Below, piece by piece: positions 28,393 to 38,217 of a DNA stretch of 64,000 nt. Where the stretch lies: NCBI RefSeq assembly GCF_913060805.1, contig NZ_CAJXTC010000024.1, forward strand, positions 8,079 through 72,078, in the 5' to 3' direction. The position numbers were made by a program, and so were the translations under genes. Under the pieces are notes generated by a model. The model had not been told where the DNA came from. It made no database searches and saw nothing but the letters and a program-made list of their open reading frames with translations. The stretch is from an uncultured Draconibacterium sp. Lineage in GTDB: Bacteria; Bacteroidota; Bacteroidia; Bacteroidales; Prolixibacteraceae. Position 1 is the first letter of the stretch. Every line of letters begins with the position of its first letter.

Positions 28393-29541
28393 ATGGAAGT
28401 AAAAATGGCAATTATATATATCGGAATGGCTCACTGTTTGTTTGCAACTTTGTTGGTTTTCTCAAAAAGACCATTACGTATTGCAGATAAGATATTGGGA
28501 GTTTGGTTGTTGATGTCTTCTTTTCTGTTTATTTTTAATTTTTTGATTGTATATTACAATATACAAAATTACATCTGGCAAATACCATATCTATTAACAA
28601 TTACTTTTCCCGAATTTCTTGTTCTGTACACTATTTTTATTACTTCCGGTGATAGTAAATTCAGGAAGAAATACATATTATTTTTTATTCCATCATTAGT
28701 TGCTTTTATTGCAATTTTCTTTTCCTATATCGCAAATCCAGGGGAATTCTTCTCTCTTGACGTTAGAGAATTAGGTTTACCTTCAAAAATGTTAACTTAT
28801 CTGTTATACCTCACACTTACAGGATATTCACTTGTTGCATTGCTGCTTATTTATTTCTATAAGAAACGAATTAGCCATTCATATTCTTTCGATTCTTCAA
28901 AAATTAACCTATCCTGGTTAATTGTGGTTATTGTAGGATACTATTTAACGAATGGTCTCCTGGTCGTATTAAGTACTTACTATTTTAAAGCATTTAACTT
29001 TGATGGATTTACTGATATTGGAAATGCAATACAATTATTATTTATATACCTGTTAAGCTACTTTGGATTTAGACAACAATACCTGATTACGGACAGAAAA
29101 CCTGTTGTGTTAAGTAAGTTTCTTTTTAAAGATTCGAGTCCTGATAAATATCAAAAATCAGGTTTGAAGGAGATTTCAAAAGTTGAGGAATACTTAAAGA
29201 AACTAGTTGATGATATGAATAAACTTGAGCCATGGAAAGACAATGAACTATCTGTTGCCAAGCTTTCAGAGATAACCGGAATTCCGAGACACTATATTAC
29301 ACAAATACTAAACGACAATCTGCAAAAAAACTTTTACACATTTGTAAATGAATATCGTACGGAGCATGCTAAAAAATTGATTGTATCACCAGATTATAGT
29401 CATTGGTCTATAGTTGCTATCGCTTACGAAAGTGGTTTTAACTCGAAAGCGGCATTCAATAACTTTTTTAAAAAATACACTGGAATAACCCCCTCTGAAT
29501 TTAAAAAGAACCACATTGTAGTTCCAAAAAAACACGATTAG
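28393..29541 (+). CDS. Membrane-embedded AraC-family transcriptional regulator (polytopic N-terminal domain + C-terminal HTH_AraC)
   Basis: About 230 N-terminal residues form ~7 hydrophobic helices. The C-terminus has LSVAKLSEITGIPRHYITQILN...GFNSKAAFNNFFKKYTGITPSEFKK (AraC HTH). ATG 28393 is preferred over the TTG at 28390. Confidence 0.75.
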   Translation: MEVKMAIIYIGMAHCLFATLLVFSKRPLRIADKILGVWLLMSSFLFIFNFLIVYYNIQNYIWQIPYLLTITFPEFLVLYTIFITSGDSKFRKKYILFFIPSLVAFIAIFFSYIANPGEFFSLDVRELGLPSKMLTYLLYLTLTGYSLVALLLIYFYKKRISHSYSFDSSKINLSWLIVVIVGYYLTNGLLVVLSTYYFKAFNFDGFTDIGNAIQLLFIYLLSYFGFRQQYLITDRKPVVLSKFLFKDSSPDKYQKSGLKEISKVEEYLKKLVDDMNKLEPWKDNELSVAKLSEITGIPRHYITQILNDNLQKNFYTFVNEYRTEHAKKLIVSPDYSHWSIVAIAYESGFNSKAAFNNFFKKYTGITPSEFKKNHIVVPKKHD

Positions 29542-29758
29542 TTAGCTATTATACATTTAAATCTGTGTTTCTTTTATTCGTGTAACTTTCAGTATTATAG
29601 TCTCCTACAAAATCGAGACGTCTAATAATTGCAAAGTCAAGACGTATATTTAATGCGGCATATGCATTGAGGCGTCAGTGTTTTCCTAATTGTATAAGAT
29701 TGTTCCTGAAACGAAAGCGATGCGTAATTCGCTTGGGAATTAATTAAATCTTATATTT

Positions 29759-32700
29759 ATGAAAAATCACAGAAATTGGGCTTTTCTGCCCATGCATGGA
29801 AAAACGTTAAGGTTTCTTTTTGCATTAGCACTCTGTACGCTGGTTACAATGAGTGTTTTTTCTCAGACTAGACCCATATCAGGGATGGTTACCGATTCAA
29901 ACGGAGAACCTCTTCCCGGGGTAACTGTAGTTGTTAAAGAAACTACGATTGGTATTACAACAGACTTTGAAGGAAACTATTTACTTCAAGTTCCAGCTGA
30001 TGCAAAAATCTTATCTTTTTCATTTGTTGGGATGAAAACTCAGGAAATTGAAATTGGTTCACAAACACAAATTAATGTTGTGCTCGAGGAAGAGACAATA
30101 GGTTTGGACGAAGTTGTTGCAATTGGTTATGGTGTTCAAAAGAAAAGCAACGTAACCGGTGCAATAAGTAGTGTAAAGGGAGAAGAGTTGGCTAGTACAC
30201 TTGGATCAAACGCGGCTTCAGCAATTCAAGGTAGAGTTTCCGGCGTACAAGTTGTTAATAACTCAGGAGCTCCAGGTGCCACACCTACTCTAAGAGTGCG
30301 TGGTTATAGCTCGAATGGGTCGAGTGATCCTCTTTATATTGTAGATGGTCTTAAAGTGAGCGATATTAGCTATTTGGAACCAAGCAGTATTGAAAGTATG
30401 GAGGTTCTAAAGGATGCCGCCAGTGCTGCAATATATGGAGCCGAAGCTGGTAACGGTGTTATTTTAATTACCACCAAATCAGGAAGCCAGGGACAGACAA
30501 AAGTTATTGTTGATGCGCAATGGTCTTTTTCCAATCTTGCCAATAAGGTAGATTTGTTAGATGCTGAGCAGTATTCGCAATTTTATACCGAAGCATTTGG
30601 TGATGTCTTTACATCTCTTTACAACGAGCACTACATTACAGGAACTGATACAGATTGGCAAGATGAAATGTATGAGACTGGCCTAATGCAGAAGTACAAT
30701 TTAAGTTTGCAGGGAGGAAACAAATCAGGAAAATTCTTTATTTCTCTTGGTTACATGGATAATGATGGAATGGTGAGGTTAGACAGGGACTACTATAAAC
30801 GCTTTACCGGACAAATTAATTCAAGCTATAACATTAAGCCATGGTTAGAAGTGGGGTCTAATAATACCATCACTAGTGTTAATAGTTCTACTTTATCTGA
30901 AAATAACGTGCAATATGGTATGATGAAAGATATTGTGCTTGCAGATCCACTGACCCCTGTTTTTTACGATTCAAATAATTTACCGTCTCGTGTTCAGACG
31001 GTTATTGCAAATGGTTTGCATCCTATAACCAGTGATGATGGGAATTATTATGGTTACAGCTGGGCACGCGATGGATTAAATCCTTTAGCCGCTGTTCAAA
31101 CCAGTAATACGGCGAATAAAACTTTCTCGGTTAATGGTATGACCTATGCAAACATTAAACCGTTTAAGAATTTTGTCTTTACATCTCGTTTAGGATATAC
31201 CCTCGGCAATGTGGCAAACCAAGAATATAATCCAACACGATGGGATGGTTACTTTAAGGATGTAGATGCTCCCCTTGTTTTGAAATCACAGCAAGTTGCT
31301 GCCAGATATTATCAGTGGGAGAACTTCATTAATTATATGCTTGAAACTGAACAAGCTGGGAATTTCTCGATTATGGCAGGAACAAGTTACATCAACAAAG
31401 AGTATAATATTGTTGGAGCACAAACAAACGAGCTGTCAAGTGAAGAGGATAATTTCGTCTATTTAAATTATAGTACCACGAGCGCTAATGATTTTGTCAC
31501 GGGAAATCTATCCTACCAACGTCAGATTGCCTATTATGGACGTTTAAGCTGGGATTATATGAATCGATACAATGTGCAGGCCAACTTTCGTGCTGATTCA
31601 TACGATGCTGCCTATTTAGACCTTGATCACAATTGGGGATACTTCCCATCTCTATCTGCCGGATGGACATTCTCTAATGAGAACTTCATGGAAAATATTA
31701 AAGGTAACTTTTTTACTTATGGTAAGTTACGTGCCAGCTATGGTATTAATGGATCTATAAGCAACCTTGGGAATTACATGTATGCCGCTACTCTCCGCAC
31801 TGGTCAATATGATCTTGAGGGGAATACCGCAAATATGGCGTACTGGTTGGACGACCAATTGTATCGGGGAACTTATCCTAATTCCGTTTTAGCAAATCCT
31901 GAGTTACGCTGGGAGCGCTCAAAACAACAAAATTATGGTCTTGATTTACGATTTATGAATGATAGGCTAAGTACTACGATTGAATATTATTATAAGCTTA
32001 CAGATGGTTTACTTGTTCAATCGGTAGCACCACTTGTAACAGGAGCAGAAACCGTTTTTCAGAATCTTGGCGAGGTAACCAATAGCGGATTAGAGCTGGA
32101 GCTTACATGGAAAGATAAAATTGGAGACTTTAGTTATGAGGTACGGGGAAGTTTTGCCACAGTAAATAATAACGTGAAAAAATATCGGGGAGAAGGAATA
32201 CGTATTCAAGGTTCGAGAATGCTTGCTGCCAGCAGCTATACAACGTTTTTTGAAGAAGGGTATCCATTATGGTATATCAGAGGGTATAAATTAGATGGAG
32301 TTGATGCGACTACCGGAGCTCCTGTATTTGCCGATCTTACAGGTGAAGGCGAAATTACAGAAGCTGATCGTACCGATCTTGGTAACGCTATACCAGACTA
32401 TACTTATGGTTTGACTTTATCTGCTTCATATAAAAATTTTGATGTAAGTATTTATGGAACTGGAACTTCTGGAAACAGCATGGTGTATGCAATGATGAGT
32501 ACTGCAGGAAATGAACAAAGTAACCGTCCTGCGTTTCTATACGAAAATCGTTGGACCAGCAGTAATTCCCAGGCTTCGCTACCTTCTCCTCTTTATCAGA
32601 TGAATGATCCTCGTTTCTATAATTCAGATGCGTTTGTGTTCGATGCTTCTTTCTTCAAAATTAAACAAATACAATTGGGATATAAGTTACCCAAAAAGCT

Positions 32701-32881
32701 GATGGATCCAATTGGAATGGAATCAGTTCGGGCATATGTACAACTTGATAATTTCTTCACATTTACAGACTATCCGGGTAGTGATCCTGAAACTAATGCA
32801 TATAATAGTGCAATGGCTCTTGACTTCGGAAGTTATCCAATAGCCAAGTCTGTATCATTTGGTTTTAATATCACATTTTAA
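29759..32881 (+). CDS. susC: SusC/RagA-family TonB-dependent outer membrane transporter
   Basis: 1040 aa with a signal peptide and a carboxypeptidase-regulatory-like domain (ISGMVTDSNGEPLPGVTVVV). The plug has DEVVAIGYGVQKKSNVTGAIS and there is a C-terminal aromatic residue (NITF). No STN/anti-sigma signalling extension is present. Confidence 0.9.
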   Translation: MKNHRNWAFLPMHGKTLRFLFALALCTLVTMSVFSQTRPISGMVTDSNGEPLPGVTVVVKETTIGITTDFEGNYLLQVPADAKILSFSFVGMKTQEIEIGSQTQINVVLEEETIGLDEVVAIGYGVQKKSNVTGAISSVKGEELASTLGSNAASAIQGRVSGVQVVNNSGAPGATPTLRVRGYSSNGSSDPLYIVDGLKVSDISYLEPSSIESMEVLKDAASAAIYGAEAGNGVILITTKSGSQGQTKVIVDAQWSFSNLANKVDLLDAEQYSQFYTEAFGDVFTSLYNEHYITGTDTDWQDEMYETGLMQKYNLSLQGGNKSGKFFISLGYMDNDGMVRLDRDYYKRFTGQINSSYNIKPWLEVGSNNTITSVNSSTLSENNVQYGMMKDIVLADPLTPVFYDSNNLPSRVQTVIANGLHPITSDDGNYYGYSWARDGLNPLAAVQTSNTANKTFSVNGMTYANIKPFKNFVFTSRLGYTLGNVANQEYNPTRWDGYFKDVDAPLVLKSQQVAARYYQWENFINYMLETEQAGNFSIMAGTSYINKEYNIVGAQTNELSSEEDNFVYLNYSTTSANDFVTGNLSYQRQIAYYGRLSWDYMNRYNVQANFRADSYDAAYLDLDHNWGYFPSLSAGWTFSNENFMENIKGNFFTYGKLRASYGINGSISNLGNYMYAATLRTGQYDLEGNTANMAYWLDDQLYRGTYPNSVLANPELRWERSKQQNYGLDLRFMNDRLSTTIEYYYKLTDGLLVQSVAPLVTGAETVFQNLGEVTNSGLELELTWKDKIGDFSYEVRGSFATVNNNVKKYRGEGIRIQGSRMLAASSYTTFFEEGYPLWYIRGYKLDGVDATTGAPVFADLTGEGEITEADRTDLGNAIPDYTYGLTLSASYKNFDVSIYGTGTSGNSMVYAMMSTAGNEQSNRPAFLYENRWTSSNSQASLPSPLYQMNDPRFYNSDAFVFDASFFKIKQIQLGYKLPKKLMDPIGMESVRAYVQLDNFFTFTDYPGSDPETNAYNSAMALDFGSYPIAKSVSFGFNITF

Positions 32882-32892
32882 AAAATAAGACG

Positions 32893-34473
32893 ATGAAACA
32901 TATATTTAGTTCAATTTTAATATTCATTCTAGTTGCAGTTTCTGTAACGTCATGTAATGAAGATTTGCTTGATATAGAGCAGCAAGGGGTTATGGGACCT
33001 TCTACCTATCAGACGGGAGATGATACTCAGGTAAAACAATTTATATCAGCTGTATATGCTCTGGTTTTGGGAGATTCATACCAGTCAGTTCTGGCGGGTG
33101 GACAAGCAAGCTACCGTTCTTTACAATACGAAATGGCTCGAATGAGTGCAGAATCTGCCAATTATTACGTTTATCAGGAAGGTTCCGATGCGGGTACCTA
33201 TTCATATATCTGGTCATATTATTATAAGATTGCTTATTACTGCAATATGATTCTGGAAGGTCTTCCGGAAAATAATGTAGCATCAGAAGATGTGAAGTCT
33301 CAGGTAATAGCTGAAGCTCGTACAATCCGTGCTATTGCAATGATGAATCTGGTTCAGTTATATGGTAATCCACCACTAGCAGATCATGTTATGGATGGCT
33401 CTGAGTTGAATACTCCTGCCTCAGAATCATGGGCGTTTATTGAAAGCGAACTGGAAGCTGCTGCTAATGACCTTCCAACAAAACCAGGGCTTGATGGACA
33501 AGCAGCAATTGGTGGCCGCCTAACTAAAGAAGCTGCCTATGCTTATCTTGGAAAAGCACAATTGTGGCAAGGCAAGTACAGCGAAGCTGCCAATACCTTA
33601 CATAGTAAGGTAATAGCCACAGGGTTGTATGAGTTGAATGATAATTTTGCTACACTTAACAGTTCAGCCGTAGATTTTAGTGCTGAAAATATTTGGGAAT
33701 TTAACTTTAGTGATGATCCTAGTGTAGCAACTGCTCAAGGAGGAACTTTTGATATCGCATGTTATTCACCTGCTGTTTCGGTTTGGTACTTTAAATATGC
33801 AAGTATTCTATTAGGTTTTGGTTTAGGATCTTATCCTTCAGCTGATTTTGCAACATTTCTGGAAACCCATGACGGTAAAGACAAAACACGTTATCAGGAA
33901 ACGTTAATGGACTATAACACTGCAAGTATGATGGGATATGTGACTCTTCCAATTGATGAATGTGAAGGGTACATAAAAGTAAAGGACATGTGTTTGGCTG
34001 AAGATTTGGTTGGTGACTTTCCGTACTATTTCAATAAACGGAGTGTTGTTTACATGCGTTACGCAGAGGTGTTGTTAAATTATGCTGAGGCTGTTGCTAT
34101 GGGAGGTTCAGAAGGTGCTATGTCTGGACTTGAAGCACTCAATCTGGTTCGTAATCGTGCAGGTCTTGAAGATGCTCCTGCACTGGATATGGATAATGAA
34201 GAATATGGTGTAAAGGCTGAGCGTCGTGCAGAACTGTATGGTGAAGGTCATCATTTTATTGATCTTGTGCGTTGGGGTGATGCACCTCAGGTACTTGCAG
34301 ATTGTGGTAAACAGGGTGTAACATTTAATGGCCTTAAAGAGGACGGAAGTTTTGATGTGGTTACCTCAAATACCGGAGGCCCTGGTTTTAAAAGTGGTAA
34401 GAATGAACTTTTTCCAATACCAACAAGTGACTTAAATAATAATCCTGAGCTTGTTCAAAATCCTGGGTGGTAA
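32893..34473 (+). CDS. susD: SusD/RagB-family nutrient-binding outer membrane lipoprotein
   Basis: 526 aa with a lipoprotein signal (VSVTSC). It sits 11 nt after SusC. TPR-like SusD motifs are present (RAIAMMNLVQLYGNPPL, YMRYAEVLLNYAEA, ERRAELYGEGHHFIDLVRWG). Confidence 0.9.
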   Translation: MKHIFSSILIFILVAVSVTSCNEDLLDIEQQGVMGPSTYQTGDDTQVKQFISAVYALVLGDSYQSVLAGGQASYRSLQYEMARMSAESANYYVYQEGSDAGTYSYIWSYYYKIAYYCNMILEGLPENNVASEDVKSQVIAEARTIRAIAMMNLVQLYGNPPLADHVMDGSELNTPASESWAFIESELEAAANDLPTKPGLDGQAAIGGRLTKEAAYAYLGKAQLWQGKYSEAANTLHSKVIATGLYELNDNFATLNSSAVDFSAENIWEFNFSDDPSVATAQGGTFDIACYSPAVSVWYFKYASILLGFGLGSYPSADFATFLETHDGKDKTRYQETLMDYNTASMMGYVTLPIDECEGYIKVKDMCLAEDLVGDFPYYFNKRSVVYMRYAEVLLNYAEAVAMGGSEGAMSGLEALNLVRNRAGLEDAPALDMDNEEYGVKAERRAELYGEGHHFIDLVRWGDAPQVLADCGKQGVTFNGLKEDGSFDVVTSNTGGPGFKSGKNELFPIPTSDLNNNPELVQNPGW

Positions 34474-34499
34474 GTATTGATAATTATCAGATGATAGTG

Positions 34500-34557
34500 A
34501 GGCTATTGTCCATAGATAGTTTTGGTTAGAAAAAGAGGTGGTTAAACACCACCTCTT
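34500..34557 (+). repeat. Repeat unit 1 with GC-rich hairpin in the susD-downstream gap
   Basis: ggctattgtccatagatagtt...aagaggtggt-taaac-accacctctt. Confidence 0.7.
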
Positions 34558-34685
34558 ATCTTAAACTTTGTTTGATACAATTTCCTGCATTATATTAAAA
34601 TTATAGAATGATTATAGATTTTGTATTCATCGCGGATGCTTAAATGTTTGGAAAATTTTTTCAAATACCACGAGAAATGAAAATA

Positions 34686-34743
34686 GTCTATTCGCATAGA
34701 TAGTTAGTTAGAGAAGAGGTGGTTATGTGAACGGCCACCTCTT
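34686..34743 (+). repeat. Repeat unit 2 with GC-rich hairpin in the susD-downstream gap
   Basis: gtctattcgcatagatagtt...aagaggtgg-(12 nt)-ccacctctt has the same leader word and the same stem sequence as unit 1, 186 bp downstream. Confidence 0.7.
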
Positions 34744-34914
34744 TAAATCCAAGCGGAATGATCAAATTTGCTTGAATCGTTTAAGGAAAAAGTAATATCA
34801 AATATGGGATTAAAATATAGATCACTGAAGCATCAGTAATATTCCTCTGTCGACTTAGAACCAGAGCAACTGTGTGGTATCGAAATTCTTTAGAGTTGGA
34901 GAAATTACAGAAGG

Positions 34915-35787
34915 ATGAAAAATGTAAATAACATAATTTTATTGGCAATTGTCCTGCTAATTTATAGTTGCCAGTTTGTTCCTAAAAATCCATTGGATTT
35001 TGGGGAGAATGACAAATATTCAATTGAAGCGATTAACTGCGTAAATACCGAGAGTAAAAACATTTACGGTGTCGCCTATATCCCAAAAGGAGAACAGGAT
35101 CAGAAATACCCATTAGTTATATTATCACATGGTTACAGCAGTTCGCATATGTTTCTCACAAGTTATGGTACTGCATTGGCCGAAAATGGTATTGCCTGTT
35201 ATACTTTCGATTTTTGTGGTGGTTCCAATCTGAGTAAAAGCGATGGAAAAACAACTGAAATGTCGGTATTAACCGAAAAGGATGATCTGGAAACAGTGTT
35301 AGCTGCATCAAAGAATTGGTCGTTTGTTGATACACTCAATATATTCTTAAGTGGTGAAAGCCAGGGAGGATTTGTTTCAGCTCTTGCAGCTGCCGAATGC
35401 GAAGAAGAAATAAGAGGTATGGTTTTGCTCTACCCAGCCTTTCACATGCCGGATGCCATGAGGAATGAATTTCCTGACAAGCAAGGAATAAAAGACGAAA
35501 TGGACTTTCCGAATAAGATGAAAATAGGCCGGTGCTATGTTGATGCACTCTATAATATGGATGCATTTGAAGTAACCAAAAACTTTGATAAAGAAGTACT
35601 ACTCATACATGGTGATAAGGACAAGGCAGTTCCCCTTTCCTATGCAGAAAGAGCCGCAAAGGAATATCCATTAGCCACTTTAAAGGTCATTAAAGGAGCT
35701 GGACATGTGTTTATTTTTAAGAGACACAGAAACAAGGCAATCAAATATTTTTTGGAATATATCAACAAGCAGGTATCAGAAAAATAA
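34915..35787 (+). CDS. Alpha/beta-hydrolase lipoprotein (cinnamoyl/feruloyl-esterase-like serine esterase)
   Basis: 290 aa with a lipoprotein signal (LLIYSC), nucleophile elbow GESQGG, and HGDKDKAVP plus a GAGH region giving Asp/His candidates. Confidence 0.6.
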   Translation: MKNVNNIILLAIVLLIYSCQFVPKNPLDFGENDKYSIEAINCVNTESKNIYGVAYIPKGEQDQKYPLVILSHGYSSSHMFLTSYGTALAENGIACYTFDFCGGSNLSKSDGKTTEMSVLTEKDDLETVLAASKNWSFVDTLNIFLSGESQGGFVSALAAAECEEEIRGMVLLYPAFHMPDAMRNEFPDKQGIKDEMDFPNKMKIGRCYVDALYNMDAFEVTKNFDKEVLLIHGDKDKAVPLSYAERAAKEYPLATLKVIKGAGHVFIFKRHRNKAIKYFLEYINKQVSEK

Positions 35788-35804
35788 AAGAAGTATAAAA
35801 AAAC

Positions 35805-38207
35805 ATGAGAAATCAACTCAACTTTCGAATAAAATTCATCATTGCAAATGTATTGTTTTTAGTACTAGGTATAACGTTACATTCATTTGCACAAAATACA
35901 AGTCAGGATATATTTGATCATAACTGGGATGCAAGCTGGATTTCGGTACCGGATATTGATCCCAACGGCTACGGTGTGTACTATTTTCGAAAGAATATTG
36001 AACTCAGCTCTATCCCGGAATCTTTCCCGGTTCATGTATCAGCTGATAATCGATACAAATTATTTGTGAATGAACAGTTGGTATCACTTGGGCCTGCACG
36101 AGGAGACCTTTTACATTGGCATTACGAAACGGTAGACTTAGGTCCCTATTTACGGCCCGGAAAAAATATTATTGCAGCACAAGTATGGAATGAGGCAGAA
36201 TATAGAGCTGAAGGACATCTATCGATGCAAACTGGATTTATTCTTCAGGGAGGCACAACAGATGCTGAAGTTTTAAATACAGATGAATCATGGAAATGTA
36301 TCCATGATAAAAGTTATAGCCCAGTGCCGGTTCGCATGGAATTGTTTTATGTGGCCGGGCCAGGTGAAAAAATTGATATGGCTTTGCAGCCTGAAAACTG
36401 GCAAACATTATCGTTTAACGACTCGGCATGGGAGAATTCAGAAGTTCTATTTCCCGGAATTCCGAAAAACATTTTAGGTTATCATGGAGTTTTGGATAGT
36501 TGGTTGCTTGTGCCGTCTGCTTTGCCGCAAATGGAACTAACAGAGCAACGTTTCCTGCAAATTCGCAAGTCTGATGGACTTTCCATCGCAGATTCATTTT
36601 TAGAAGGAAAAGCTCCGGTAACAATACCTGCAAATAGTGACGTTACAATTTTACTCGACCAAACTTTTCTTACAAATGCCTATACAAGTTTGACTTTCAG
36701 CGGTGGAAAAGATGCGGTTATTAATATTGGTTATCAGGAAGCACTGTTTACCGAATACCCTGCAAAAGGTAATCGGAATGAAGTAAATGGAAAAATACTG
36801 CTTGGAAGAAAAGACGAAATACTAGCTGATGGTTCGCAAAACCAACGCTTTACTACCCTTAATTACAGAACCTATCGTTATGTGCAGTTAAACATTACAA
36901 CAAAAAATTCTCCGCTGATACTGGAAGATATTTATGGCACATTTACGGGCTATCCTTTCCAATTGAATGCAAAACTGGAAACCAGTAAACAGGAATTGCA
37001 AAAGATGTTTGAAATAGGATGGCGTTCAGCTCGATTGTGTGCTATGGATACCTACATGGACTGTCCTTATTATGAACAATTGCAATATATCGGTGATGGT
37101 AGAATTCAGGCATTGGTTTCGTTATACAATAGCGGCGACGACAGGTTGATACGTAACGCCTTAAATTTGATGCAATATTCGCAACAACCGGAGGGCGTAA
37201 CGGCTAGTCGCCATCCATCGGTAACACCGCAATATATTTCAACGTTTTCGTTGTGGTATATTGCCATGTTGCACGATTACATGATGTATGGTAACGATCT
37301 GGATTTTGTTGCCGAAAAGCTTCAAAGTACCCGAAATGTGCTGGAATTCTTTGAAGGATATGAAAACGAAGACGGCTCGTTGAAAAATTTGCCATACTGG
37401 ACTTTTACCGATTGGGTATTTACCGACGGTTGGGAGGAGGGTATTGGCCCCATTGGAAAGGATGGAAGTTCGGCATTGTTGGATTTTCAGTTGTTGTATG
37501 CCTTCCAGGTGGCAGCCGAATTAGAACAAGAGTTGGGAATCAGAGAATTGGCAAAGAAATATACCCAGAAGGCAGCTTTGCTCGAAGCGACCATTAAGGC
37601 AAAATACTGGGATAAAAACAGACAGCTCTTTGCCGACCGTATTGAAAAAGACAAGTTTTCGCAACATGCAAATATTCTGGCTATTCTAACCGGAGTTTAT
37701 ACTCCTGAAGAGGCTAATAAAACGGCACAGAAGATCTTAGATGATAACACTCTGGCGCCAGCTTCTATTTACTTCAAATTTTACCTTCACCAAGCACTTA
37801 CAAAAGCCGGTTATGGCAACGACTATTTAAATTGGCTTGGTAAATGGCGGGAAAACATAGCGATGGGATTGACAACCTGGGCTGAAACCTCAGAGATTCA
37901 CGATACCCGTTCCGACTGCCATGCCTGGGGATCAAGTCCGAACATCGAATTTTTCCGAATCATTCTTGGAATCGATAGCGATGCGCCTTGTTTCTCTAAG
38001 GTGAAAATTGAACCGCATTTAGGCGATATCAAAGAAATAGGTGGTGAAATGCCACATCCGAATGGAAAAATTAAAGTTTCCTATAAAGTTAATAAAGGCG
38101 GTTTAAATGCAGCTGTTCTGCTTCCTCCAAATACCTCCGGAACGTTTACCTGGAATAATAAAGTTTATGAACTATCAGAGGGGAAAAATTCACTCGTTTG
38201 TAACTAA
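35805..38207 (+). CDS. Alpha-L-rhamnosidase-related glycosidase (GH78-like: rhamnosidase N domain + six-hairpin catalytic domain)
   Basis: 800 aa. The N-terminal part (WISVP...YYFRKNIEL...VSADNRYKLFVNEQLVSLGP...VDLGPYLRPGKNIIAAQVWN) is like Bac_rhamnosid_N. The catalytic-domain motif is MDCPYYEQLQYIGDG. Confidence 0.55.
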   Translation: MRNQLNFRIKFIIANVLFLVLGITLHSFAQNTSQDIFDHNWDASWISVPDIDPNGYGVYYFRKNIELSSIPESFPVHVSADNRYKLFVNEQLVSLGPARGDLLHWHYETVDLGPYLRPGKNIIAAQVWNEAEYRAEGHLSMQTGFILQGGTTDAEVLNTDESWKCIHDKSYSPVPVRMELFYVAGPGEKIDMALQPENWQTLSFNDSAWENSEVLFPGIPKNILGYHGVLDSWLLVPSALPQMELTEQRFLQIRKSDGLSIADSFLEGKAPVTIPANSDVTILLDQTFLTNAYTSLTFSGGKDAVINIGYQEALFTEYPAKGNRNEVNGKILLGRKDEILADGSQNQRFTTLNYRTYRYVQLNITTKNSPLILEDIYGTFTGYPFQLNAKLETSKQELQKMFEIGWRSARLCAMDTYMDCPYYEQLQYIGDGRIQALVSLYNSGDDRLIRNALNLMQYSQQPEGVTASRHPSVTPQYISTFSLWYIAMLHDYMMYGNDLDFVAEKLQSTRNVLEFFEGYENEDGSLKNLPYWTFTDWVFTDGWEEGIGPIGKDGSSALLDFQLLYAFQVAAELEQELGIRELAKKYTQKAALLEATIKAKYWDKNRQLFADRIEKDKFSQHANILAILTGVYTPEEANKTAQKILDDNTLAPASIYFKFYLHQALTKAGYGNDYLNWLGKWRENIAMGLTTWAETSEIHDTRSDCHAWGSSPNIEFFRIILGIDSDAPCFSKVKIEPHLGDIKEIGGEMPHPNGKIKVSYKVNKGGLNAAVLLPPNTSGTFTWNNKVYELSEGKNSLVCN

Positions 38208-38217
38208 ATCTAAAAAA

